Below, piece by piece: positions 16,703-27,093 of a DNA stretch of 64,000 bases (the stretch's first letter is position 1; every line of letters starts with the position of its first letter). Source of the stretch: Minisyncoccota bacterium. GTDB taxonomy: Bacteria > Patescibacteriota > Minisyncoccia > Phycocordibacterales > CAJQIN01. A program made the position numbers and the translations under genes. The stretch is from positions 24,312-88,311 of the forward strand of contig CAJQIN010000002.1 of NCBI GenBank assembly GCA_905478465.1, in the 5' to 3' direction. Under the pieces are notes generated by a model that saw nothing but the letters and a program-made list of their open reading frames with translations, was not told the DNA's origin and searched no databases.

Positions 16703-17998
16703 TTATTTTTTAGAAACATCTCCGTTTCTAAATACAGTTTCAATATTCACCATCTTCTCCATTCGTCTGATATCTGCCAATAATTTAGACCTATCTTCAT
16801 TAAACATAGTCACATTAAAAATACTCTTTCCGCCGTTAGCCGCTGATTCAGCTTTATCACCTACCTTTTTATTGATACTTACACCGTAAAAAGACTTTAG
16901 TGTTTGCATTTTTTTAATACCAGTCAAATTAGTAATGATACCCTGCTTCTTTGCAAAAAATTTAAACACAGCAGTATATCCGAGTACTTTTTTTGGAATA
17001 ATAGGTTTTCGTGGAATACGAATACGAATATCATTAGCGGCATGATTAATACCATAAGAAAGTTCGTACATACTGTGACGAAATCCTCCAATACGTGGAC
17101 CCACTTCAACAACTTTCCATCCCGTCTCTGTCCTCATCAATTCCACATGAGCAGTTGTACTTCGAAGCCCTAAAGCATGCACCGACTTTTCGGCTACTAC
17201 CTGTGCAGCTTCTACACTATCTTTATGAAGTTTGGTTGGTGTCATTTGCTGATACCCAAAAAAGTCATCGAATCCAACCTGAATACCAGTTTTGACACCA
17301 ACTAGCGGGCAAAAGTATACACGACCTAAAGAGTTTACATACACATCAATTGAATACAAATTTCCTTCAAGGAATTGTTCAACAAGAACCCTCGGTTCTT
17401 CACTTCTGTTATACGTTTGGTTTAGTGCCTTTATTTTTTTAAATACGGTTTTCAGTGCTTTTTCGAGTTCTTCATGATGATATGCAATAGTAACCAGCAA
17501 ACTTGACGCCAAACCAGTAGGTTTTACAACAAGAGGAAAACCAATCTTTTCTTCGATATTTTGAATAGTCGCCTTCTTTACGTCCCCCACCCTCATATAC
17601 CGCGGAGTAATACTCTTATCATAAATAGAAAACCGTCGACGCATTTCAAGCTTATCAATAGCCCAGTGGAGTGACTGTGCAACAGGAGTTTTTAGATATG
17701 GCACATGTGGAATAACTTTTTGGAATCCAGGAATCCACACTTCAGACCGACAAGTCATCACTAAAAGATTATTTTGGTATGGCAAAAGAGCCTTCATGAT
17801 CGTTTGCGGAGAATCAAAATTAACCACCATTGTTATATCAAACATATCAAAAATTTCTTGTTCAGCAGCATTTGCCGGCTCATTTTCCTGCATCAATGCA
17901 AACCTAAGTTTATCCTTGTACACATCCTGAAAATCTATAACGGTCTGTGCAACCGACTTTGAAACATGCCCAACAACCAAAACGATGTCTTTTTTCAT
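16703..17998 (-). CDS. ATP-grasp protein (L-amino acid ligase-like)
   Basis: DKLEMR, GFPLVVKP, VEQFLEG, HVELM, EVGPRIGG. Confidence 0.85.
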   Translation of the reverse strand: MKKDIVLVVGHVSKSVAQTVIDFQDVYKDKLRFALMQENEPANAAEQEIFDMFDITMVVNFDSPQTIMKALLPYQNNLLVMTCRSEVWIPGFQKVIPHVPYLKTPVAQSLHWAIDKLEMRRRFSIYDKSITPRYMRVGDVKKATIQNIEEKIGFPLVVKPTGLASSLLVTIAYHHEELEKALKTVFKKIKALNQTYNRSEEPRVLVEQFLEGNLYSIDVYVNSLGRVYFCPLVGVKTGIQVGFDDFFGYQQMTPTKLHKDSVEAAQVVAEKSVHALGLRSTTAHVELMRTETGWKVVEVGPRIGGFRHSMYELSYGINHAANDIRIRIPRKPIIPKKVLGYTAVFKFFAKKQGIITNLTGIKKMQTLKSFYGVSINKKVGDKAESAANGGKSIFNVTMFNEDRSKLLADIRRMEKMVNIETVFRNGDVSKK

Positions 17999-18358
17999 AT
18001 ATAAAATAAGTATAAAATAGTGCCAAAACCTGACACTTACACATGTTCACACACTATACAGAAGAGTCAAGGGGTTATACACATGTACAAAAATGAAATA
18101 CGGGAGCATACTATTATAGTATCTACTGTTCTTTTTCTTCCACAAGAAGGGTTTACACATGAAAAATCTCTCTCTAGAACAAGTAAAAATTCAACAACAG
18201 GGACGAGATCTCCTACGAAAATGTCGCAAAACCGGAAAACCACGTAAATAACCCACAGATAAAATACCTAGAAACACCAGGACCTCCACTGGTGTTTTTC
18301 TTGTAAGATAAAGAAAAAAATGGTACTATACCTGACACTTAACCCTTAAAAAAATAAT

Positions 18359-18898
18359 TTGAGTAAAGAATACATACGCATAAATAGCCAAATCAAAGCA
18401 GAGCAATTACGTGTTATTGGCGCAGAAGGAGAAAACATTGGTGTCATCTCACGAGAGGAAGCACTTCGTCAGGCACAAGAGGTAGATCTAGACCTTATTG
18501 AAATATCTCCAAAAGCCAATCCTCCAGTTGCAAAAATCATGGATTATGGTAAGTTTCTTTACGACCAGAAGAAGAAGCAGAAAATTGCAAAAGCCAAGTC
18601 ACACACCGTTGAAGTTAAGAATGTGCAGGTAAAATTAGCCACAGGAGAGCACGATTTAGGTCTCAAAGCTAAAAAAGCAAGTAAATGGCTAACACAAGGA
18701 CATCGGGTTAAATTAGAACTTTATCTTCGAGGACGAGAAAAATATATGGATGCTAATTTTCTCAAAGAGAGATTAAAACGTATTCAAAACCTCATAACAG
18801 AAGAATACAAAGTCGCCGACCCTATCAAAAAAATCCCCAAAGGATATATGCTCATTATTGAAAGAGCAAGCAAACAAGAATCAAATGAAAACAAATAA
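18359..18898 (+). CDS. infC: Translation initiation factor IF-3
   Basis: RINSQI, DLIEISPKANPPVAKIMDYGKF; TTG start. Confidence 0.97.
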   Translation: MSKEYIRINSQIKAEQLRVIGAEGENIGVISREEALRQAQEVDLDLIEISPKANPPVAKIMDYGKFLYDQKKKQKIAKAKSHTVEVKNVQVKLATGEHDLGLKAKKASKWLTQGHRVKLELYLRGREKYMDANFLKERLKRIQNLITEEYKVADPIKKIPKGYMLIIERASKQESNENK

Positions 18899-19076
18899 AT
18901 CTTATACAAAACGAATAAAGATAACCAAGAATGGTAAGATCATTTGTAAAAAAGCTGGTGGAAACCACTTTAATGCAAAAGAAAGTCGAAGTAAGCAAAC
19001 AAGACGAAGTGGTCTTCATACCCTTATGCTTGATATGTCTAATAAGGCAAAGAGTCGTTTTCTTACAAAAAAATAA
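18885..19076 (+). CDS. rpmI: Ribosomal protein L35
   Basis: MKTNKSYTKRIKITKNGK; between infC and rplT. Confidence 0.92.
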   Translation: MKTNKSYTKRIKITKNGKIICKKAGGNHFNAKESRSKQTRRSGLHTLMLDMSNKAKSRFLTKK

Positions 19077-19102
19077 TTATTAATTTTTTCTAAAATACTA
19101 CT

Positions 19103-19447
19103 ATGGTACGCGTAAAGAAAGGTGTAAATGCAAATAAGACTCGAAAGAATATCCTCAGCAGAGTAAAGGGATATAATTTTGGTCGCTCAACAAAAGAACG
19201 TCAGGCATATGAAGCTATTGTTCATGCTGATTCATACCGATTTGCACACCGACGCACAAAGAAAAGAGATATGCGAGCATTATGGAATACAAAGATCAGT
19301 GCTGCTCTCATGGAAACATCTCTTTCATACTCGAAATTCATTGGTGCTCTAAAAAAAGCCAATATCTCTATTAACCGAAAGGTTCTAGCAGAAGTTGCAG
19401 AACATCGACCTGAGAATTTCAAGAAAATTGTAGAGAAAGTTTCTTAA
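19103..19447 (+). CDS. rplT: Ribosomal protein L20
   Basis: MVRVKKG, RALW, SYSKFI, INRKVLAE. Confidence 0.97.
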   Translation: MVRVKKGVNANKTRKNILSRVKGYNFGRSTKERQAYEAIVHADSYRFAHRRTKKRDMRALWNTKISAALMETSLSYSKFIGALKKANISINRKVLAEVAEHRPENFKKIVEKVS

Positions 19448-19462
19448 AATAATCTAAATATA

Positions 19463-19496
19463 GAAAATACCCAACAAAATTGTTGGGTATTTTTTT
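19463..19496. terminator. Bidirectional terminator-like palindrome
   Basis: AAAATACCCAACAA/TTGTTGGGTATTTT after rplT. Confidence 0.7.
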
Positions 19497-19545
19497 GCAA
19501 AAGAAAACCCATTCAAATAAATGAACGGGCTGCGTCTCTCTTTTC

Positions 19546-19761
19546 TCATCTTGTGGCAGCATCTAAAGCTTTTTTCAAAGCCATTGATTGCTGCGGTTTC
19601 TTCTGTCTTGGCTTTTTTGGTTTACTTTGCTTTTGTTTTTTATTTATTACCTCAAGGGCAATAATCTGTCTTTGGTATTTAATTTTACATGAATACCAAC
19701 CGACAAAAAAAGCAGTAACCGTACTAAAAAGTGAAACAGACAAGATAATGATGAGAAGCAT
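19546..19761 (-). CDS. Small single-TM protein with basic tail
   Basis: 71 aa; TTGACA/TATACT promoter and AGGAG upstream. Confidence 0.65.
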   Translation of the reverse strand: MLLIIILSVSLFSTVTAFFVGWYSCKIKYQRQIIALEVINKKQKQSKPKKPRQKKPQQSMALKKALDAATR

Positions 19762-19850
19762 GAGATTCTCCTAAAAAAAATGAAGGAACTAAATTAAACT
19801 CTCTATTTAATAGTATACACCTTTTTACATCTTTGTCAAGTATCTCCCTA

Positions 19851-20300
19851 TTACTCCTGAGGCATTCTCAACCTAGAAACAAAGTGTAATGATAACCACC
19901 ATCCAATAACAATTGACCCTAAGAGATCCATCGTTAAATCACTCAACGTATCAATCCAAAAATCACGAAATATAAAACTCAATCCAGTAAAATATTCAAA
20001 TATTTCCCACAGAATACCAATAATTAATACCGAACTTATAGTAATAATAAATATCTGAGCCTTTGAAAAGGAAGGATGCCTTATGAAAGATAGAACTAGC
20101 CAAAACCCCAAGAGTGCTACCCACGCTCCACCCAAAAAATGCATAACCATATCAAACCATAATAATTCCCAATATAAATAAAAAGTTATCGCACTTTGGT
20201 GCAAAGCTGCGATAATAAGCCCCAATATACCAACATATAAAGCAACAGTAAATCTTGTAATGGGCTTTTTATAAATCATAATCGTCTTATTATAACGCAT
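19851..20300 (-). CDS. Membrane protein
   Basis: WFDMVMHFLGG, ILWEIFE, DTLSDL motifs, four TM segments. Confidence 0.75.
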   Translation of the reverse strand: MRYNKTIMIYKKPITRFTVALYVGILGLIIAALHQSAITFYLYWELLWFDMVMHFLGGAWVALLGFWLVLSFIRHPSFSKAQIFIITISSVLIIGILWEIFEYFTGLSFIFRDFWIDTLSDLTMDLLGSIVIGWWLSLHFVSRLRMPQE

Positions 20301-20349
20301 CCTGCTTATAAAATAAAAATAACCACCAAATAATGGTGATTAGTTTTAT

Positions 20350-20471
20350 AGGCCACTCGAAACATCTTACCTAGGAAACCCTAGGTGGGTGCCTGCAATC
20401 TGTTACCACGGCAACAAACAATATGAGACTCCCTGATGTATATTTAATCTAGATAATATCTCGAGCAACCT
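20350..20471 (-). ncRNA. ssrS: 6S RNA-like (short)
   Basis: 17-bp closing stem AGGTTGCTCGAGATATT/GATGTTTCGAGTGGCCT, CAGGGAG and GGCACCCACCT motifs, TATAAT upstream, terminator at 20320-20342. Confidence 0.65.
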
Positions 20472-20599
20472 GAGTATATTATACTCCTCTCTTTATTTTT
20501 TGCACAATAAAAAACAATGGCACAGAAAATATTTGCATTTATGTCAAACTTTTAGAATAATAAATCAATATTAAAGCCCTGCCACAAGATATATCACAA

Positions 20600-21205
20600 T
20601 TACTCTAATATTCCATCCAAATTAACATCATAAAGAATCTGTTCCCCTATCAAACGATAATCAACAAGTTCATTCTGATCAAACCAATGCATAATTTCTT
20701 TTTCGGCTTCTTCTGGAGAACCTGAAGCATGTACAAGATTTCGTATAGCTCGGCTATCAGCATCTGCCATCATATATGAATCTAATACATAATCTCCACG
20801 TATAGTACCAACATCTGTTGAACGAGGCTCTGTACCGCCAGTTAATTTCCTTACAATCTCTACAACATGAGCTCCTTGCCAAACCATACACACCACAGGA
20901 CCACTGGTCATGTATTTTTTTAGATTATCTAAAATAACAGCCGTAATCTCATAAGGATCTTCTGTTTTTAGAACTTCTCCTTTTGCTTTTGCTGCCTTTA
21001 CCCTTTTTTCTCCTGTAATCCTTCGCCATTCAGGATCAAGAGTGTAATGCTGCTCTACATGCTCGGCACTTGGCACCACCAACTTCATCCCCACTAATTT
21101 TAATCCAATACGTTCATACCGTTGAATAATTTCACCCATGAGTGAGCGTTGAAGAGCATCTGGTTTCAAAATAATAAGAGTTCGTTCTTTTGATTGATGT
21201 GACAT
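20600..21205 (-). CDS. ndk: Nucleoside diphosphate kinase
   Basis: ERTLIILKPD, SGPVV, GTIRGD, RNLVHASGS. Confidence 0.96.
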   Translation of the reverse strand: MSHQSKERTLIILKPDALQRSLMGEIIQRYERIGLKLVGMKLVVPSAEHVEQHYTLDPEWRRITGEKRVKAAKAKGEVLKTEDPYEITAVILDNLKKYMTSGPVVCMVWQGAHVVEIVRKLTGGTEPRSTDVGTIRGDYVLDSYMMADADSRAIRNLVHASGSPEEAEKEIMHWFDQNELVDYRLIGEQILYDVNLDGILE

Positions 21206-21214
21206 ATATAATAA

Positions 21215-21985
21215 TTATGCTGTTAATATTTCATATCCTTTTTTTGTAATAAGAACAGTATGTTCAAAATGTGCACTTCTTTTTCCATCTTGTGTTCGCA
21301 CGGTATATTCGTCAGGATCAAATCGTACCTGCCCTGACCCCTCACAAAGCATTGGTTCAATAGCAATAACCATTCCTGGAACAAGCTGTGGACCTTGTCC
21401 TTTCTTTCCCTCATTAGGAACATACGGCTCTTCGTGCACCGTATAACCCACACCGTGCCCAGCAAGCTCCTCTGCCCCCGAAAAGGGTGTTGTGTCGGTA
21501 TATGCTTCAATGGCAGCACTGATGTCTCCTACGTGCCCATATGGCTTAATTGCGTCAATTCCTGCGTATAAGGCACGTTCTGTGTCTTTAATGAGCTGTT
21601 CTACAATAGCATCCACTTTTCCCACAGGAACGGTTATAGCCGCATCTGTAATCATACCCTCATGTGTCAAACCTAGATCAATGGTAACAATATCTCCCTC
21701 TTGAAGAACGATCGGTTTCTCATTCGGTATACCATGCACAATAACTTCATTCACCGACACGCATAAACTAGCAGGATATGCGCGCCTAACATGCTCTGGT
21801 CTGTACCCAAGAAAAGAAGCCTTGTCACCATACTCAATAAGATACTCTCGTGCTTTTTGCTCAAGAGTTTCAGTAGAAATTCCCGGCGAGACATCTAGTG
21901 CAAGTTTCTGAAGAATTTCAGCATGATGCTTTCCTCCCACTTTCAACTTCTCAATATCTTCTGGTTTTTTTATTGAAATATTCAT
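21215..21985 (-). CDS. map: Methionine aminopeptidase type I
   Basis: VHGIP, GHGVG, HEEP, AIEPM, SAHFEHT. Confidence 0.97.
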   Translation of the reverse strand: MNISIKKPEDIEKLKVGGKHHAEILQKLALDVSPGISTETLEQKAREYLIEYGDKASFLGYRPEHVRRAYPASLCVSVNEVIVHGIPNEKPIVLQEGDIVTIDLGLTHEGMITDAAITVPVGKVDAIVEQLIKDTERALYAGIDAIKPYGHVGDISAAIEAYTDTTPFSGAEELAGHGVGYTVHEEPYVPNEGKKGQGPQLVPGMVIAIEPMLCEGSGQVRFDPDEYTVRTQDGKRSAHFEHTVLITKKGYEILTA

Positions 21986-21990
21986 AATAA

Positions 21991-22587
21991 TTATAAAGAG
22001 TTTACAATCTTTTCATGCACTTGTTCAATAGGTTCTGAGCCATCTACTTCGATAAGAGTTCGGACTAAATGAGATCGATAATAGTCGAGCGCTGGCTCAA
22101 CATCTTGATCAAACCAATCCAACCTTTTCCTTATACCATCCACACTATCATCTCCTCTCTTTCTTTCAGTTAAACGTCTTTCAGCCTCTTCACGGGTAAT
22201 ATGAGGATGAATGATATACACACTATCTCTCATAAAAAAATCTAATGCAGTATCAAGTATTTTTGCTTCAGGAAGAGAGCGCGGTGTACCGTCAATAATA
22301 AGATGCTCATTTCCGGTTAATTCATCGATGAGGATATGCGACCACATCCATGTAGCTAAAAAATCTGGCTGTCTGTCATTTTTTTTATGAACAGCAAATG
22401 AAAGTCTCTCAGCATATGAATCTCCTTTGATAAACTTACGAAAACGCTGACCTGTTTCAAGATAAATAACTGGCGTTTCAGGATCATGAGTATGCAAATA
22501 TTGTTTCAATAGCTCAGCCTGTGTACCTTTTCCACAACCAGAACGACCAGTTAGAACAAATGTTTGTTTTTTTGAGAAATCTATCAT
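21991..22587 (-). CDS. adk: Adenylate kinase-family NMP kinase
   Basis: GRSGCGKGTQ, DGTPR, RGDD; position between secY and map. Confidence 0.82.
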   Translation of the reverse strand: MIDFSKKQTFVLTGRSGCGKGTQAELLKQYLHTHDPETPVIYLETGQRFRKFIKGDSYAERLSFAVHKKNDRQPDFLATWMWSHILIDELTGNEHLIIDGTPRSLPEAKILDTALDFFMRDSVYIIHPHITREEAERRLTERKRGDDSVDGIRKRLDWFDQDVEPALDYYRSHLVRTLIEVDGSEPIEQVHEKIVNSL

Positions 22588-22727
22588 GGAGATATTGTAG
22601 CATAATGAATAAGCCTAAGACTTAATAACAACATACATGACTTGACAAATGTCTATATTAGGTGTATACTATATGTAGTAATTTGTTCTTCACAAAAAAT
22701 CAAAAATCTTAGAAAGAGAGCCTTAAA

Positions 22728-23231
22728 ATGTTACTATTTTGCACTTTGTTTGTGTTAACCCTAATGATTATTATTGTCGGGGTATACACAGGGTCAGGTG
22801 ATAGGAACAGTTTATTTTCGTTAATGTCATTAAGATTTCTTATCAGTATGATAGTTGGCGTGCTACTACTGACAACAGCACAGATAATGTACTTCGAAAT
22901 AACAGATCAATCAACGTGGTTGATCCCTATTTTATGGGTAGTCAGTTACCTACAAGGAATGAAGGTACGCCGTGACACTGAAGAAGCTGCGTACCAGGCT
23001 TGGTTAGCAGAAGAAGGTGAAGATTTTTTTATTAAAGTATTTGCCCCCCGAGCAACACAACACCCAAACATATTTATATGTGCGGGTGTTTTTCATACCT
23101 CACACAATAATACCCAACAGAGCGAAGCTCTGTTGGGTATTATTTATATAAATCCATGTTTTGAATCTACCCTAGTATTCCCGTGCCGTTGCCTGCGCTT
23201 CCACCTGCTTCACAAGATCAAGAATAACTGA
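22728..23231 (+). CDS. Hypothetical membrane protein (3' end uncertain)
   Basis: Consensus promoter at 22642-22670, three TM segments; ORF runs through two hairpins into secY. Confidence 0.5.
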   Translation: MLLFCTLFVLTLMIIIVGVYTGSGDRNSLFSLMSLRFLISMIVGVLLLTTAQIMYFEITDQSTWLIPILWVVSYLQGMKVRRDTEEAAYQAWLAEEGEDFFIKVFAPRATQHPNIFICAGVFHTSHNNTQQSEALLGIIYINPCFESTLVFPCRCLRFHLLHKIKNN

Positions 23232-24449
23232 AACAACAATGAGAAGTGCTGTACCTCCAATTGCAAGTGAACTGATTCCAGTCAGACCTTGCATGATAAT
23301 CGGCAAGACTGCAATGAAACCAAGGAAAACAGCTCCAACAAACGTTACCCGCACAAGCACTTTTCCAAGATACTCTGCTGTAGATGGTCCTGGTCGTACC
23401 CCTGGAACAAAAGCTCCACCTCTCTGAAGATTTGTCGCAATTTGCTCTGGATCAAAGGTCACAGCTGTGTAGAAATATGTAAAAACAAACACCAAGAAGA
23501 AATAAGAAATACCATATACCCACAAATTCTCAAGAAGATTGGTACTTATAAACTCTAGAATACTTTGGAATTTTCCTCCAAACCCAACGTTTGCAAGAAC
23601 GTTAACGATAAGTTGAGGAAACAACAGAAATGAAAGAGCAAAAATAATTGGAATTACCCCAGCTTGATTCACTCTAAGTGGAAGATAGGTACTCATACCA
23701 CCATACACCTTTTGTCCTCTAACACGCTTTGCATAAGTTACAGGAATTGGTCGTTCTGCTTCAGAAATATAAACAACTCCCAAGATAATAACAAAAGCAA
23801 CAAAGAAGAAGGCTACGTATGTAGGAATCTGAGCAACATCAAATGTAAAAACAAGTTGTGAAAGAGCTCCTGGAAGAGCCGAAACAATTCCAGCAAAGAT
23901 AATCAAAGAAACACCGTTTCCAATACCAAACTCTGTCACTAATTCACCAATCCACATGATAAGCATTGAACCTGCGGTAATTACCAGAATATTGGTAATC
24001 ATTTCAACAGAAGTAAGATCTCCTACGATACCCTGTCTAGAAAGAAGGGCCAAGAAACTAAATCCTTGAACAAGAGCAAGAGGCACTGTCATAAAACGTG
24101 CATATTGCATAAACTTTCGACGCCCTATTTCTCCCTGTTCTTGGTACATTTCTTTTACCTTAGGAAATACAATAGTCATCAATTGCATAATAATAGAAGC
24201 TGTAATGTATGGACCTACACCAAGCATCACAATAGAGAGGCTTGAAAAACCTCCTCCAGAGAAAATATTGAGTAATCCAAAGAAGTTATTATTACCTAAA
24301 AACTCTTGTAATTGAACATGATCGACTCCAGGAATAGGGACAGCAGCTAGTAGTCTAAAAACAGCAAGCGCTACAAGTACAAACAACACTCGTCTTCGCA
24401 GAACCCTGTCTCGAAAAACTATTGCCAATTTTTGTATTAGTGTCTGCAT
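23172..24449 (-). CDS. secY: Preprotein translocase SecY
   Basis: LGVGPYITASII, GIGNGVSLII, GVIPIIFA, PGVRPG, GGTALLIVV. Confidence 0.98.
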   Translation of the reverse strand: MQTLIQKLAIVFRDRVLRRRVLFVLVALAVFRLLAAVPIPGVDHVQLQEFLGNNNFFGLLNIFSGGGFSSLSIVMLGVGPYITASIIMQLMTIVFPKVKEMYQEQGEIGRRKFMQYARFMTVPLALVQGFSFLALLSRQGIVGDLTSVEMITNILVITAGSMLIMWIGELVTEFGIGNGVSLIIFAGIVSALPGALSQLVFTFDVAQIPTYVAFFFVAFVIILGVVYISEAERPIPVTYAKRVRGQKVYGGMSTYLPLRVNQAGVIPIIFALSFLLFPQLIVNVLANVGFGGKFQSILEFISTNLLENLWVYGISYFFLVFVFTYFYTAVTFDPEQIATNLQRGGAFVPGVRPGPSTAEYLGKVLVRVTFVGAVFLGFIAVLPIIMQGLTGISSLAIGGTALLIVVSVILDLVKQVEAQATAREY

Positions 24450-24455
24450 AAGATG

Positions 24456-24896
24456 TTATTTTACTGTACCACCAGCTTTTTCAATTTTTGCTTTTGCCGT
24501 AGCTGAAACTGCGCACTTTGATACTCTAATCTTCTTAGTAATTTCTCCAGTTCCAAGAATCTTAACCTTTGGATACAGACCTCCTTGTTTCTTGATAAGT
24601 CCTAATGCCAATAGAGATGTTGGTGTTACATGCATTCCTTCTGTACACACAGTCTCAAGCAGAGATAGATTGATTCCTCTAGATTTTGCAGTTACAGGAG
24701 TGTTACTGTTTACCCCTCGTCCTCTAAGCTTTGGAATACGCTTGATTTCATCTCTCATTTGTGGACGAATACCATGTCCTCCATGTTGTCGCTGTCCTTT
24801 ATGACCTCGTCCAGATGTCTTTCCCCGAGTACCTCCTCGTCCTACTCGTTTCTTTTTAACTGATTTTGTTCGTGGTGTAAGTGTATTAATTTGCAT
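24456..24896 (-). CDS. rplO: Ribosomal protein L15
   Basis: RVGRG, GKTSGRGHKGQ, KIEKAGG. Confidence 0.96.
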   Translation of the reverse strand: MQINTLTPRTKSVKKKRVGRGGTRGKTSGRGHKGQRQHGGHGIRPQMRDEIKRIPKLRGRGVNSNTPVTAKSRGINLSLLETVCTEGMHVTPTSLLALGLIKKQGGLYPKVKILGTGEITKKIRVSKCAVSATAKAKIEKAGGTVK

Positions 24897-24900
24897 AAGC

Positions 24901-25482
24901 CTATATTTTCTTTATGGTTCCCTCAATAGCAGACAATGCTTTTATTGTTGCTCGAGCGTTATTAACCTTATTCTTACTTCTTGAGATAAATTTTGCACCA
25001 ACCTCTCTTACCCCAGCAAGTTCAAGCACAGTACGTGCAGCACTTCCTGCAATAATTCCCTTTCCAGGTGCAGTCATTAGCTTTACTTCAGAACTTGAAA
25101 ACTTTGCTTGCATATCATGTGCAATAGAACCTTTCTTTGTTAGCTTTATAGTAATCATGTTCTTCTTGGCATGTCGTACAGCTTTTTCAATAGCAAGTGC
25201 TGTATCTGTGGCCTTTCCAATTCCAACCCCAACAGAACCTTTCTTGTCTCCAGCAACTAATCCAACACTAAATGAGAATCGTCTTCCTCCTCGAACAACA
25301 CGAGTTACACGACGAATACTCACAATCTTTTGATCAAATTCTGGCTTTGGTCGTTCTCGACGTCCTCGTGGTCCATCTCGACGTGTACGAAAATTACGCT
25401 TTCGCTCAGGTTGAGCTGCTGCAGGCTTTGCTGCATCTTTATTCACATTATCTACTTTTTTTGTTTCTGTTGTTGTTTCCAT
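24901..25482 (-). CDS. rpsE: Ribosomal protein S5
   Basis: IRRVTRVVRGGRRFSF. Confidence 0.97.
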   Translation of the reverse strand: METTTETKKVDNVNKDAAKPAAAQPERKRNFRTRRDGPRGRRERPKPEFDQKIVSIRRVTRVVRGGRRFSFSVGLVAGDKKGSVGVGIGKATDTALAIEKAVRHAKKNMITIKLTKKGSIAHDMQAKFSSSEVKLMTAPGKGIIAGSAARTVLELAGVREVGAKFISRSKNKVNNARATIKALSAIEGTIKKI

Positions 25483-25492
25483 AATTGTCTAA

Positions 25493-25843
25493 TTAAAATT
25501 CAAGACCGCCATCTCGTGCACCATCTGCAAGAGCTTGTACTTGTCCAGTATAAATATATCCTCCTCTATCAAAAACGATCTTTGAAATCTTTTTCTCTTT
25601 TGCCAATTTTGCAATTTCAACACCAATTTCTTTTGCTTTCTCAAGAGGTGTTCCTTTTGTAAGCTTTTGTGTAGTTGCAGCAACAAGAGTATTTCCAATA
25701 GTATCATTGATAAGTTGTGCAGAAATAAACCGATTTGATCGGAATACGGCAAGACGAGGAATTTCCCCTGTTCCGTATATTTTTGTACGGATACGTTTTT
25801 GTCGTCGTTGCTTTTGTGTTTTTTTTGTATTTTGTAAATTCAT
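25493..25843 (-). CDS. rplR: Ribosomal protein L18
   Basis: [23 protein letters not shown]. Confidence 0.97.
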   Translation of the reverse strand: MNLQNTKKTQKQRRQKRIRTKIYGTGEIPRLAVFRSNRFISAQLINDTIGNTLVAATTQKLTKGTPLEKAKEIGVEIAKLAKEKKISKIVFDRGGYIYTGQVQALADGARDGGLEF

Positions 25844-25860
25844 ATTCCTTTTTGATTAAA

Positions 25861-26394
25861 CTACACAGCCTTCTTTCCCTGTTTTCGTCTAATAACCTCA
25901 TCATGATATCGAAATCCTTTTCCTTTATATGGTTCCGGCTTCTTCTTTGAACGAAGAGATGCTGTAAATTCTCCTACCATCTCTTTATCAACACCACTTA
26001 CTGTAATCTCATTTTTTTCTGCAGTAACAGTCAGTCCTTCTGGAATAGCAATCTCAACAGGATGTGAGAATCCAAGAGCAAGAGCAAGTACCTTTCCTTT
26101 TACCTCAGACTTGAATCCAACCCCTTCTAGAATAAGCTTCTTTTCATATGCAGTCTGTACTCCTTGAATCATATTTTTCACATGTGAAGCATATGTTCCA
26201 ACAAGTGCTTTTGCAAAAAGAGTTTTTTCTGCTGGCACAAGTGTAATATCTTCTGCAGTTACTTCTACAGAAACATCTTTTTTAAATGTTTTTGAAATTT
26301 CTCCAAGAGGTCCTTTTACTTTGAAGATACCATCAACAAAAGTAACTTCAACATTCTTTGGAATTTCTATAGGTTTTTTAGATAATCTAGACAT
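25861..26394 (-). CDS. rplF: Ribosomal protein L6
   Basis: MSRLSKKPI, PEPYKGKG. Confidence 0.97.
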   Translation of the reverse strand: MSRLSKKPIEIPKNVEVTFVDGIFKVKGPLGEISKTFKKDVSVEVTAEDITLVPAEKTLFAKALVGTYASHVKNMIQGVQTAYEKKLILEGVGFKSEVKGKVLALALGFSHPVEIAIPEGLTVTAEKNEITVSGVDKEMVGEFTASLRSKKKPEPYKGKGFRYHDEVIRRKQGKKAV

Positions 26395-26399
26395 AATAT

Positions 26400-26789
26400 T
26401 TACCAAACTTTAAGAATTACCTCTCCACCAACCTTTTTCTCTCGAGCAGATGTATCACTCATAACACCTTCTGGTGTTGAGATAACGTACATAGATCGTC
26501 CTGTCTCTGCAACGTGAAGGTCTTTGAATCCTGCATATCTTCGTTGTGAATACTTTGATACTCGCTGAATACCCTTGATTCGTGGACTTGTACCTACATA
26601 TGCAATACTAATTTCAAGACTCTTTCGAGTATCTTTTCCTGATTTTTCAACAGCCTTTACGTAACCCGCTTTAAGAAGGGTCTCAGCAATTGCGTGCTTT
26701 AATTTTGAATACTGTAATACAACCGACTCCTTTTGGACGGCACCTGCATTTCGTATTTGTGTAATCATGTCTGCTACTGGATCTGTCAT
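26400..26789 (-). CDS. rpsH: Ribosomal protein S8
   Basis: TDPVADMITQIRNA, GGEVILKVW. Confidence 0.97.
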   Translation of the reverse strand: MTDPVADMITQIRNAGAVQKESVVLQYSKLKHAIAETLLKAGYVKAVEKSGKDTRKSLEISIAYVGTSPRIKGIQRVSKYSQRRYAGFKDLHVAETGRSMYVISTPEGVMSDTSAREKKVGGEVILKVW

Positions 26790-26823
26790 AATATATTCGA
26801 GGTAGTATCGTTCAAAGAACGAC

Positions 26824-27093
26824 TTACCAAGATGCTTTCTTTACACCTGGGATTTTACCCTCATTAGCTAATTTTCTAAACTCGATACGGTTTATACCAA
26901 AATCTCTCATATAACCTCGAGAACGCCCACTCAAAAAACATCGATTCTTTAATCGTGAGGGTGATGAATTCAAAGGAAGTGCCTGTAATGCAACAAGGTC
27001 ACCCTTCTTCTTCAACTCAGCTCGCTTCTCTGCATATTTTGCAATAAGCTTTGCTCGTTTTTCGTCTCGTGTAATACTTGATTTTTTTGCCAT
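26824..27093 (-). CDS. rpsN: Ribosomal protein S14 (89-aa form without the four-Cys motif)
   Basis: [20 protein letters not shown]; own TTGACA/TAGTAT promoter near 27155-27182. Confidence 0.96.
   Translation of the reverse strand: MAKKSSITRDEKRAKLIAKYAEKRAELKKKGDLVALQALPLNSSPSRLKNRCFLSGRSRGYMRDFGINRIEFRKLANEGKIPGVKKASW

Noticed and set aside
23020-23231. C-terminal extension of the 22728 ORF across two hairpins into secY
   Set aside because: Probably a lost stop or an indel in the T7 run near 23024-23030; cannot be resolved without reads
24897-24900. Absence of rpmD (L30) between rpsE and rplO
   Set aside because: Real, but an established trait of CPR bacteria
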